Shown: positions 55,988-64,000 of the stretch, one piece after another
Numbering within the stretch: the stretch's first letter is position 1
How the letters are laid out: the number at the start of each line of letters is the position of its first letter
DNA from: an uncultured Actinomycetota bacterium
GTDB lineage: Bacteria > Actinomycetota > Thermoleophilia > Gaiellales > F1-60-MAGs149
DNA length: 64,000 nucleotides
Reading direction: 5' to 3'
NCBI GenBank assembly: GCA_963767885.1
Contig: CAVYFW010000006.1
Span: 156,172 to 220,171, forward strand
Translations under genes and position numbers: made by a program
The notes under the pieces: model-generated
What the model was told of the DNA's origin: nothing
The model's input: the letters and a program-made list of their open reading frames with translations, nothing else
Database searches by the model: none

Positions 55988-57535
55988 CACGGAGGCCGCC
56001 CGTGCACCCAGCGCCCGCCGACCATGGTGGCGACGACGCCGATGTCGCGGATGCGCTCGGGGGCGACCTGCGTGGGGTCGGCGTCGAGCACCACGAGGTC
56101 GGCGTCGAGCCCGGGCGCGAGCCGTCCGCGGCGCCGCTCGTGGCCGGCCGCCCACGCCGCGCCGGCCGTGAACCCGGTCAGCGCCTCGAGCGGCGAGAGC
56201 GCCTGCTCGGGACGCCAGGGCGGACGCTCGTCGAGCGTGCGGGAGACGGCGGCGCCGATCCCCGCCAGCCCGTCCAGCGGCTCGATCGGCGCGTCGGAGC
56301 CGAAGGCCAGCACGGCGCCCGCGTCGAGCAGCGCGCGCCAGGCGTAGGCGGTCGCGGCGCGCGCGCCGAGGGCGGCGTCGGCGGCGTCGCGGTCGCTCGG
56401 GGCGTGGGACGGCTGCATCGACGCCACCACGCCGATCGTCGCGAAGCGCGGCACGTCGGCCGGATCGACGATCTGCGCGTGCTCGATGCGCGGCCGCAGC
56501 CCGGCGGGCTCCCACTGCGCCCGGGTGGCCTCGAACGCGTCGAGCGCGACGCGGTTGGCGCGGTCGCCGATGGCGTGCACGGCGACGGCGAGACCGCCCT
56601 CCGCGGCGCGGCGCACGAGCTGCTCGAGGTCGGCGGACGCCAGCAGCTCGACGCCGGTCCCGCCGTCGGCATAGGGCGCGAGCATGGTGGCGGTGCGCGA
56701 GCCGAGCGTGCCGTCGAGGAACGCCTTGACGGGGCCGACCTGCAGGCGGTCGTCGCCGAAGCCGCCGCGCAGGCCGGTCGCCAGCACCGCGTCGAGATCG
56801 GTCGCCTGCTGCGCCGCGACGACGCGCAGCGTCAGCCGGCGGTCGGCGTGCAGCTCCTGCCAGAGCGCGAAGCCGTGGCTCCGCTCGAAGTCGTGGATGC
56901 CCGTGATGCCGCGCGCGTGCGCCTCGCGCTGCGCGGCCTCGACGGCGCGGCGGCGCTCGCGCGCGTCGGGCTCCGGCAGCTCGAGGCCCCAGGCGGCGCG
57001 CTCGCGGACGATCCCGGTCGGCGCGCCGTCGGCGTCGCGCTCGATGACGCCGCCAGCCGGCGCCGACGTGCCGCGATCGACGCCGGTGGCCCGCAGCGCC
57101 GCGCCGTTGAGCCACAGCGAGTGGTGATCGTGCGCCCACAGGGCGGCGGGCCGCTCGCCGGTCACCGCGTCGAGCGCGGCGGCGGTCGGCTCCGCGTCGA
57201 GGCGGTCGGCGCGCCAGCCGCGGCCGTGGATCCAGCCGCCGGGGCCCGGCTCGGCGGCCGCGACGACGCTCCAGGCAGGCGGCGAGCGTCGTGCAGTCGC
57301 CGAGGTCGAGGGTCGCGCGCTCCACGGCCCAGCTCAGGAAGTGCACGTGCGCGTCGACCAGCCCCGGAACCACGCAGCGGCCGTCGAGATCGACCCGCTC
57401 GTTCGAGACGGCCGACTGCTCGCCCTCCCACGCCTCCACGCCCCGCGCGATGCGGCCGTCGCGCGTGACCGCGAGCGCCCCCATCGCCGGAAGGGCCGGG
57501 TCGAGCGTGAGGACCCGGCCGTTCTCCAGGATCAC
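55984..57535 (-). pseudogene. amidohydrolase_3 (YtcJ-like) metal-dependent hydrolase; one frame break as given
   Basis: GTG at 57535 (VILENGRVLTLDP...VVPGLVDAHVHFLSWA...TTLAACLE). After a shift near 57262 it reads VVAAAEPGPGGWIHGRGWRADRL...AHDHHSLWLN...AVHAIGDRANR...RIEHAQ...FGSDAPIEP...*. Confidence 0.8.
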
Positions 57536-57694
57536 GCGCCGGAGGATACGGCGGGCGGGACGGGGGAGACGGTCGAGTTCCGTGGATCGGTGATCGCTTG
57601 CGCCCGGCGAGAGCACGGAATCGACCGTCTAAGGTTCGGTGCGAACGGGGTCATCAGGGGGCGCCCCTTGCCCCCGCGCTCGAAAGGTCACTGC

Positions 57695-58180
57695 ATGCGA
57701 CGAATCGCCAGCCTGTGCGTCGTCGGCGCGCTTGCCGCCACCGCGCTCGTGCCGGCCGCCGCCGGCGCGCGGGTGCTCGACAACACCACCATCGTGCTCG
57801 GCACGTCGATCGGCAAGGCGACGGTCGGGACGAGCAAGACGAAGCTCGACGGCCGCCTCGGTCCGGGTCGCGTGATCAAGCGCACGACCAACGACCTCGG
57901 GACGTTCACGACCGTGCGCTACGCCGACCACCACGTCGACGTCATGTACCGCCGCTCGCAGTCGGTGCTCGTGACGACGACGAGCCCGCACTACGGCACG
58001 ACGAAGGGCATCTACGTCACCGCCACCAAGGCCGACCTCAAGCGCACGTACCCGGCCGCGAAGTGCCCGACCGCGACCCTCTGCACCCTCGGCCGCTTCA
58101 CGCCGGGGAGCCGCGTGACCGAGTTCCGGCTGAAGCGCGGCACGATCACCAGCATCGGGGTCGGTATCGTCCTGGATTAG
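57695..58180 (+). CDS. hypothetical secreted protein
   Basis: ATG at 57695. It has a signal peptide (MRRIASLCVVGALAATALVPAAAGA) and a Thr/Lys-rich 161-aa body with visibly lower GC and less GC3 bias than its neighbours. I recognise no family. Confidence 0.6.
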   Translation: MRRIASLCVVGALAATALVPAAAGARVLDNTTIVLGTSIGKATVGTSKTKLDGRLGPGRVIKRTTNDLGTFTTVRYADHHVDVMYRRSQSVLVTTTSPHYGTTKGIYVTATKADLKRTYPAAKCPTATLCTLGRFTPGSRVTEFRLKRGTITSIGVGIVLD

Positions 58181-58426
58181 GAGCCTGGAGTCACCGTCTG
58201 GCGCGTGCATGGGCACGCCCCGGGACGCCCCGGCCGCTCCCCATCCGACCCGCGGCGCGCGGTGGTCCGCTCTGACCTGGGCAGTCACGGGCGCCACGGG
58301 ACGGCTGGTACGCTTCGAGGCCATGGCCGCTGGAACGGGCTACCAGCCCGCCCTGCGCGGCCAGACCTCACCCGGGACGCCCCGAGACGCACCCCTGCGC
58401 TCACGCCAGACGACGACTCCAGGCTG

Positions 58427-59604
58427 ATGCTCGACTACGAGGCCGTCCCCGAGGACGAGGCGGCCCGGCGCGTCCGGGCCTTCCAGGAGGGGCTCGCGGC
58501 CGCCGGCATCGACGCGGCGCTGCTGGTCGAGAGCGCCGACCTCTACTACCTGACGGGCACCGTCCAGGACGCCCACCTGCTGGTGCCGGCCGAGGGGACG
58601 CCGCTCATGCTCGTGCGCCGCGACCTCGAGCGGGGCCGCGCGGAGTCGCGCGGCGTGGAGGTGCGGCCGCTGCGGTCGCTGCGCGAGCTCCCGGAGGCGC
58701 TGGGCGCGGCGGCGACGGGACGGCTCGGGCTGGAGCTCGACGTGCTGCCGGCGGGCCGCTACCTGCGCTACCGCGACCTGCTGGGCGGGGCGGAGCTCGT
58801 CGACGCGGCGCCGGCGCTGATGGACGTGCGCTCGCGCAAGAGCGACGTGGGAGGTCGGCCGGGTGCGGGCGGCGGGGCGGCAGGTGGCGCTGGCCCAGAA
58901 GCACGCGCGGCGAGATCCTGCGCCCCGGCATGACCGACCGCGAGCTGATGATCGAGTGCGAGGCCGTCCTGCGCCGGGCCGGGCACCAGGGGCCGATGCG
59001 CTTCCGCGGCATCAACGGCGAGATCTTCTACGGCGCGGTGCTGGCCGGCCCCGACGCCGCCGTGCGCGCGCACTCGGACACGCCGTTCGGCGGCCCGGGC
59101 CCGTCGCCCGCGGTGGGCCGCGGTCCGCGCGGCTGCCGCATCGAGCCGGGCTCGGCGGTCAGCGTCGACCTCGTCGGCGCGCGCGACGGCTACCTCGCCG
59201 ACCAGACGCGCACGATCTCGATCGACGGCCTGGCGCCGCCGCTCGACCGCGCCCTCGCCACCTGCGATGCGATCCTGGGCGGCATCGAGGAGCTGCTGGT
59301 GCCGGGCCAGAGCTCCGAGCTCCTGTACCGCTTCGGGCTGGAGATCGCCGAGGAGGCCGGGTTCGGGGACGGCTGGATGGGCAGCGGCCCGGGGCGCGTG
59401 CGCTTCGTCGGGCACGGCGTCGGGCTGGAGATCAACGAGCGGCCGTTCCTGGCGCAGGGCGACACGCGGCCGCTCGAGGCGGGCAACGTGATCGCGATCG
59501 AGCCGAAGATCGTGCTGCCCGGCGTGGGCGCCGTCGGCCGCGAGAACACGTACCTCGTGCGCGCGGAGGGCGGGCCCGAGAACCTCACGCCCGACCCGGC
59601 GTAG
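58427..59604 (+). pseudogene. M24-family Xaa-Pro aminopeptidase/creatinase-like; 2 frame breaks as given
   Basis: The pieces are MLDYEAVPEDEAARRVRAFQEGLAAAGIDAALLVESADLYYLTG... / WEVGRVRAAGRQVALA / GEILRPGMTDRELMIECEAV...VSVDLVGARDGYLADQTRT...GHGVGLEINERPFL...NVIAIEPKIV...ENTYLV. The +1 shifts lie near 58848 and 58900. Confidence 0.8.
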
Positions 59605-59614
59605 ACTCCCGGCC

Positions 59615-60757
59615 ATGGCCGTGACCGCCGACGAGCGGGCGCTGATCCTGCAGACGGTGCGTGACGTCGCCCGCGAGCGCATCGCCCCGCTGGCCGCCGA
59701 GGCGGACGCGACCGCGACGATGCCGCGCGCCTGGATCGACGCGCTGACGGAGAACGGCATCTTCGCGCTGCCCTTCGACGAGGAGCACGGCGGCACCGGC
59801 ACGGGCGCGCTCCTGCTGCTGCAGGCGGTGGAGGAGCTGTCGAAGGTGGACGCGAGCGCGGGCCTGCTGCTTGCGGTGCAGGAGCTCGGCTCGCTGCCGG
59901 TCAAGCTCGCGGGCACGCCGGAGCAGCGGTCGCGCTGGGAGCCGCGCTGGGCGGCGGGCGAGATCGCGGCCTACGCCCTGACGGAGCCGGAGGCGGGCTC
60001 GGACGCCGCGGCGCTGCGCACGACGGCGCGCCGCGACGGCGACGGCTGGGTGCTCGACGGGACGAAGCGCTTCATCACGAACGCCGGCATCGCCACGACC
60101 TACGTCGTCTTCGCCCGCACCGGCGAGCCGGGCCCGCGCGGCATCACGGCGTTCCTGGTCGAGCACGACGACCCGGGCTTCGCGGTCGGCAAGCTCGAGC
60201 ACAAGATGGGCATCCGCGCCAGCACGACGGGCGAGGTGCACCTGGACGGCTGCCGCATCGACGACGACCGCCGGCTGGGCATGGAGGGCGAGGGGTTCCG
60301 CCTCGCGATGCGCGTGCTGGACCGCTCGCGGCCGGGCATCGCCGCGCAGGCGCTGGGCCTGGCGCAGGGCGCGACGGACGTGGCGGTCGCCTACGCACGG
60401 GAGCGCCAGGCGTTCGGCCGCCCGATCGCGGAGCAGCAGGCCATCCAGTTCCTGCTGGCCGACATGCAGGCGCAGACGGACGCGGCCCGCCTCCTGCTGT
60501 ACCGGGTGGGCGAGATGATCGACGAGGGCGGCACCGACCCGACCTTCACCCGCATGAGCGCGCAGGCCAAGCTGGTCTGCAGCGACACGGCGATGGCGGT
60601 GACGACCGACGCGGTGCAGGTGCTGGGCGGCTACGGCTACGTGAGCGAGTACCCGGTCGAGCGCATGATGCGCGACGCGAAGATCACCCAGATCTACGAG
60701 GGCACGAACCAGATCCAGCGCATCGTGATCGCGCGGGAGCTGCTGGCGGGGCGCTGA
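59615..60757 (+). CDS. acyl-CoA dehydrogenase
   Basis: Intact 380-aa ORF: ...ALTEPEAGSDAAALRTTA...KRFITNAG...GGYGYVSEYPVERMMRDAKITQIYEGTNQIQRIVIAREL. Confidence 0.9.
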   Translation: MAVTADERALILQTVRDVARERIAPLAAEADATATMPRAWIDALTENGIFALPFDEEHGGTGTGALLLLQAVEELSKVDASAGLLLAVQELGSLPVKLAGTPEQRSRWEPRWAAGEIAAYALTEPEAGSDAAALRTTARRDGDGWVLDGTKRFITNAGIATTYVVFARTGEPGPRGITAFLVEHDDPGFAVGKLEHKMGIRASTTGEVHLDGCRIDDDRRLGMEGEGFRLAMRVLDRSRPGIAAQALGLAQGATDVAVAYARERQAFGRPIAEQQAIQFLLADMQAQTDAARLLLYRVGEMIDEGGTDPTFTRMSAQAKLVCSDTAMAVTTDAVQVLGGYGYVSEYPVERMMRDAKITQIYEGTNQIQRIVIARELLAGR

Positions 60758-60894
60758 ACGATCGGGTTGGCTGATCCCGAGCTGACGATCCACGCCGGCA
60801 CGCCGGAGTCGCGCCGCCTACGAGCAGATCACGCGCGCGATCATCTCGCACGCCCTCGGGCTCCGCGGGCACTGGTAGCACGCGCTCGTCGAGG

Positions 60895-60918
60895 GGCCGC
60901 GTCCGACCGGACGCGGCC
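60895..60918. terminator. strong bidirectional hairpin between convergent genes
   Basis: GGCCGCGTCC-GACC-GGACGCGGCC: a perfect 10-bp GC-rich stem between the acyl-CoA dehydrogenase stop (60757) and the stop of the minus-strand 95-aa gene (60928). Confidence 0.55.
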
Positions 60919-60927
60919 TCTCGACCG

Positions 60928-61215
60928 CTAGCTGTACGTCTCGTCGTCCTCGAGCGCCGCGCGCGTCAGCTCGTCGATCGACATGCCGCGGTCGTAGAGG
61001 AAGAGCTGGGTCTCGGCGACGGCCACCTGCAGCGCGGTGTCGTAGGAGCGGGAGACCCTGTCGCACACCCGGATGAGCGGCAGCACGTCACGGAGCTCGT
61101 CGGTGGCCCGGACCACGTCGTCGAGCGCCTCCGTGCCGACCACGCCCTGCTCGTGCAGGGTCGTGAACAGGCTCACCATCTCGTCGAGGTAGGCCTCGAC
61201 CGCCGGTCCTTCCAC
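60928..61215 (-). CDS. hypothetical acidic 95-aa protein (predicted helical)
   Basis: The ORF has protein-like composition (MEGPAVEAYLDEMVSLFTTLHEQGVVGTEALDDVVRATDELRDVLPLIRV...). It is not an Arg/Ala/Pro shadow ORF. I recognise no family. Confidence 0.5.
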   Translation of the reverse strand: MEGPAVEAYLDEMVSLFTTLHEQGVVGTEALDDVVRATDELRDVLPLIRVCDRVSRSYDTALQVAVAETQLFLYDRGMSIDELTRAALEDDETYS

Positions 61216-61277
61216 GGCTCCCCCTCCGGGCCGTTTACAGGTCGCCCGATGATCCCGATTCCGTTCGCCGGGGCGAG

Positions 61278-61295
61278 GCCCGGCGTGTGCCGGGC
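61278..61295 (-). terminator. hairpin GCCCGGC-GTGT-GCCGGGC downstream of the kinase gene
   Basis: Perfect 7-bp stem about 55 nt after the stop at 61349. There is no U-tract. Confidence 0.3.
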
Positions 61296-61348
61296 ACGGG
61301 CCGGAGGCGGCTCCGGTGGCTGGGGTGACACGGTGTTCGTCGGCCGAC

Positions 61349-62320
61349 TCACACTGCGCGCCGGACCTGGGAGGCGGCCCAGGCCAGGTAGCGCTCGATG
61401 GCCGGCCCGAGCGTGCGCAGCCGCCATTCGCGCTGGGCTGCGGCGTGCGCCGTGTGGGCGTGCAGGAACAGCCAGCCGAGGGTGACCAGGCGGCGGGCCA
61501 TGACGAACGTCGGCAGCTCGGCGAGCACGTCGTCGGGCAGCGGCGCCACCGCCCGGTAGCCGCGCACCAGCGCGTCGCGACGCTCGTCGAAGCCCGCCTC
61601 GCCGTCGAACGGGAAGAGGGCCACGGCGAGCTCCCACGGGTACCACGACCAGCCGCAGTCGTCGAAGTCGATGATCACGGGCGTGCCGTCCGCCCGGACG
61701 AGGACGTTGTCGAACGCGAGGTCGCCGTGCACGAGGCCGTAGCGATCGGGCGTGCGGGGCAGGGCGCGCAGGCGCTCGCGCACCGTCGCCCGGGCGGCCT
61801 CGATGGCGCGTACCTCGCCCGCGTCCCAGACGCCGAGCGCCAGCGGGTCACCCCACAGCGGCCGCGCGCCGACCAGACCCTCGTCGTCCCAGGCCTGGCG
61901 GACGAAGCCCTGCGGCCGCTCGAAGCGCTGCCCGTGGAGGTGCAGGCGCGCCATCAGCTCGCCGAGCATCTCCCACAGCGAGGGGTCGTCCAGCCGCGCG
62001 AACGACTCGCCCTCGATCCAGCCGAAGAGCGCGACGAGGCGCGGCCCGTCGGGCGTCTCCGCCTCCTCGACCACGTCGCCCGAGACGCCGCGCACCACGT
62101 CCGGCGTCGCCACCCCCGCCGAGCGCAGCGCCTGCGTCCAGGCGAGCTCCGAGCGCACCGACGCGGCCGTCTGGTAGCCGGGGCGGTGGATGCGCAGCGC
62201 GTACGCGTGGTCGCCGTGATCGACGCGGTACGTGACGTTCTCGCCCTCGCGCACGAACGTCGTCTGCGCGCCCGCGAGGCCGTAGCGGGCGAGCGCCGCG
62301 TCAGCGCTCGAGCTTCGCAT
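61349..62320 (-). CDS. APH-fold phosphotransferase (aminoglycoside/choline/homoserine-kinase-II-like small-molecule kinase)
   Basis: ATG at 62320 (MRSSSADAALARYGL...). The Brenner/catalytic motif is GLVHGDLAFDNVLV, followed by IIDFDDCGWSWY. The gene overlaps the upstream aminotransferase by 20 nt. Confidence 0.8.
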   Translation of the reverse strand: MRSSSADAALARYGLAGAQTTFVREGENVTYRVDHGDHAYALRIHRPGYQTAASVRSELAWTQALRSAGVATPDVVRGVSGDVVEEAETPDGPRLVALFGWIEGESFARLDDPSLWEMLGELMARLHLHGQRFERPQGFVRQAWDDEGLVGARPLWGDPLALGVWDAGEVRAIEAARATVRERLRALPRTPDRYGLVHGDLAFDNVLVRADGTPVIIDFDDCGWSWYPWELAVALFPFDGEAGFDERRDALVRGYRAVAPLPDDVLAELPTFVMARRLVTLGWLFLHAHTAHAAAQREWRLRTLGPAIERYLAWAASQVRRAV

Positions 62321-63590
62321 GCCGGCGCGGCACGGGCCGGTCGACGTCCTTCGCACGGCGCAGCCCGTCGGCCAGCAGCTGCAGCGACTCGTCGACCGTC
62401 GCGTCGTCCAGCAGCAGGCCCGGCTTGAACTGCAGGACGGACTGGTCGAAGCCGCTGGCGATCGCCCACAGCCCGAGCTCGTACAGCTCCTGCTGCAGGA
62501 ACACGGCGCCGTCGGGATGGTCGACCCTGAGGCCGATCACGAGGCCGCTCTGGCGGATCTCCACCAGCCACGGCTCGGCCGCCCGCAGCTCCGCCAGCCC
62601 GGCGCGGTAGCGCTCGATCACGTGGGCGACGTTCGCCACGGTCTCCGGGCGCGTCGTCATGTCGAGGACCGTCGACGCCACGCGGCAGCCGAGCTCCGAG
62701 CCGCCGAACGTCGACACGTGGCCCCAGCCGAACTCGTGCAGCCAGCCGGCGGCGCGCTCCGAGATGACGCACGCCGCGGCGGGGTAGATGCCGCCGGAGA
62801 GGCCCTTGCCGGCGACCAGCAGGTCGGGCTCCACGCCGAAGTGCTCGACGCCCCAGAGCCGGCCCGTGCGCCCGAGGCCCGCCTGCACCTCGTCGGCGAC
62901 GTAGAGCGCGCCGGCCGCCGCGGCCGCCTCCTTGACGGCGGGCAGGTAGCCGTCCGGCGGCACGGGGAAGCCGTACGTCGCCGGCACCGTCTCCAGGAGC
63001 ACCGCCGCGACGTCGCCGCCCGCCAGGGCCCGCTCGACCACGCCCACGTCGCCGAACGGCACCTTCGTGAAGTCGTCCGGCTGGTCGGACAGGAAGCGAC
63101 GCGCGCCCGCGTCGTCGCCCGCCGCCCCGCTGAGGCCGGTGCGCCCGTGGTAGCCGGCGTCGAGCACCACCAGCCGCCGGCGGCCGGTCGCGTGGCGGGC
63201 GGTCTTGATCGCGACGTCGATCGCCTCGCTGCCGCCGCTCGTGAAGACGGAGTACGCGAGGTCGCCGGGCGTCAGCCGCGCGAGCTCCTCGCCCAGGCGG
63301 GCGCGGGCCGGGCTGGCGAAGTGGTGGTTGCCGATGTCCACCTCGTCGAGCGCCGCCACCAGCGCCGCGATGACCTCCGGGTTGCGGTGGCCGAGGTTGA
63401 ACGTGCCGCCGTTGAGGTGGAAGTCGAGCAGCGCGTGGCCGCTCAGGTCCCACATGCGGTAGCCCTCGCGGCGGCCCATCACGAGCTGCGTGCCGAACGC
63501 GTCCCACACGCTGACCCGGTGTGGCGCCACGTGGGCCCGCGTGGCCTCCAGCACGGCGTCCTTCGCGGCGGTGCTACTCGTACCAGGCAT
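62301..63590 (-). CDS. class-III (omega) aminotransferase-fold PLP enzyme
   Basis: ATG at 63590 (MPGTSSTAAKDAVLEATRAHVAP...). Characteristic segments are GYRMWDLSGHALLDFHLNGGTFNLGHRNPEV, SGGSEAIDVAIK, ADEVQAGLGRTG and the Lys in LVAGKGLSGG. It makes up the last 429 codons of listed ORF 62301..63950. Confidence 0.85.
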   Translation of the reverse strand: MPGTSSTAAKDAVLEATRAHVAPHRVSVWDAFGTQLVMGRREGYRMWDLSGHALLDFHLNGGTFNLGHRNPEVIAALVAALDEVDIGNHHFASPARARLGEELARLTPGDLAYSVFTSGGSEAIDVAIKTARHATGRRRLVVLDAGYHGRTGLSGAAGDDAGARRFLSDQPDDFTKVPFGDVGVVERALAGGDVAAVLLETVPATYGFPVPPDGYLPAVKEAAAAAGALYVADEVQAGLGRTGRLWGVEHFGVEPDLLVAGKGLSGGIYPAAACVISERAAGWLHEFGWGHVSTFGGSELGCRVASTVLDMTTRPETVANVAHVIERYRAGLAELRAAEPWLVEIRQSGLVIGLRVDHPDGAVFLQQELYELGLWAIASGFDQSVLQFKPGLLLDDATVDESLQLLADGLRRAKDVDRPVPRRHAKLER

Positions 63591-64000
63591 CGGGGGCGAT
63601 GCGGAAGCGCGTCTCGTAGTCGACCTCGTGCGTCGCGAGCAGGAGCGCGTCGGCTCCGCCACGATGTCCGCGACGCGCCAGCGCGGATTCAGGCTCGCGT
63701 ACGGATCCTGGAAGATCATCTGCATGCGCCGGCGTACTTCGGGACTCCAGGTGCCGGCGCCGGGCAGCTGCGCGTGCCCGTCGAACTCGATGCGTCCTTG
63801 CGTAGTCCGGTACAAGCCGACGATCAGGCGCGCGACCGTAGACTTGCCGCACCCCGATTCGCCCACCAGCGCGAAGGTTTCGCCGCGGCGAATCTCGAAT
63901 GACACATCGTCCACCGCCTTGAGCAGCAGGCGCGGCGCGCGCTCCACCACTCGATTGAGCCACGGACGCGATACGTCGAAGTAGCGGGCTACGCCGTGCA
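63591..64000 (-). pseudogene. 3'-truncated remnant of an oligopeptide-type ABC ATPase (5' end outside window)
   Basis: The frame is open to the window edge: ...VARYFDVSRPWLNRVVERAPRLLLKAVDDVSFEIRRGETFALVGESGCGKSTVARLIVGLYRTTQGRIEFDG...MQMIFQDPYASLNPRWRVADIVAEP. It then runs within ~60 nt into the aminotransferase ATG. The signature, Walker B and H-loop are absent. Codon choice (att, tct, act, caa, gga, gaa, aat, gta) is visibly less GC3-biased than the rest of the window. Confidence 0.65.

Noticed and set aside
58181-58426. Listed ORFs 58209..58427 and the N-terminus of 58205..58933 as coding
   Set aside because: The translations are Arg/Pro/Gly-rich. The M24 peptidase has a good ATG at 58427 with a typical N-terminus.
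60800-60865. Short GntR-like HTH fragment (AYEQITRAIISHALGLRGHW*) after the acyl-CoA dehydrogenase gene
   Set aside because: It is only about 20 codons with no start and no remainder of a domain. It could be a relic, but it is not supportable.
62301-63950. 549-aa ORF as an ABC-ATPase/aminotransferase fusion
   Set aside because: The ATPase part lacks the signature, Walker B and H-loop. The aminotransferase has its own ATG at 63590, so this is read-through from a truncated remnant.
1-64000. tRNA, rRNA, CRISPR, IS elements, integrases, prophage genes
   Set aside because: I looked for T-loop-like GGTTCGAATCC/GTTCAAATC strings, rRNA-like conserved blocks, spaced direct repeats and transposase/integrase-like translations on both strands, and found none. 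This was a scan by eye, so small or divergent elements could have been missed.

Overview
This is a high-GC chromosomal segment (by eye about 70-75% G+C, with third codon positions almost all G/C). It looks like an Actinomycetota-type bacterium: GTG starts are frequent, there are Tat plus lipobox signal peptides, and a CysO/Mec-type cysteine pathway is present. The taxon is inference only. I can support about 57 protein-coding loci. I saw no rRNA, tRNA, CRISPR array, transposase or integrase. The content is mainly housekeeping and catabolic. In window order it holds: a TPR protein and a CorC/CNNM protein; a broken N6-adenine DNA methyltransferase abutting an Xre/RES toxin-antitoxin pair; Rieske and amidohydrolase genes; a GT4 glycosyltransferase; two family-5 peptide-type ABC binding proteins, one heading a complete 4-gene transporter operon; a formaldehyde-activating-enzyme homologue beside an alcohol-dehydrogenase relic; an AraC-linked acyl-CoA-dehydrogenase-like/cupin/SDR cluster; two IclR regulators; a proline-rich repeat protein; a SelW/Rdx-like gene with an in-frame UGA; hutU-hutF-hutI with a LacI-type regulator; an M36 fungalysin-like protease convergent with a lysyl-oxidase-like gene; a rhodanese-ThiF/cysO/cysM/mec sulfur-carrier cysteine operon; an RpoD-like sigma factor; MFS transporters; and an aminotransferase plus APH-type kinase pair. 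Two things most deserve a second look. (1) The Rdx/SelW-like gene (33716..33976, minus) has a CxxU motif encoded by in-frame TGA, followed by a SECIS-like hairpin. (2) There is a striking mosaic of about 60-70 hand-reconstructed frame breaks, concentrated in some gene blocks while neighbouring blocks are clean. This is either patchy consensus indel error or large-scale pseudogenisation, and the sequence alone cannot decide. I did not find a convincing new multi-gene system. The candidates I list are small (operator arrays, repeat-bearing non-coding gaps, unusual domain orders) and are labelled as inference. All homology statements are recognition by eye from the translations; no database was searched. 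Coordinates of frame breaks are approximate.
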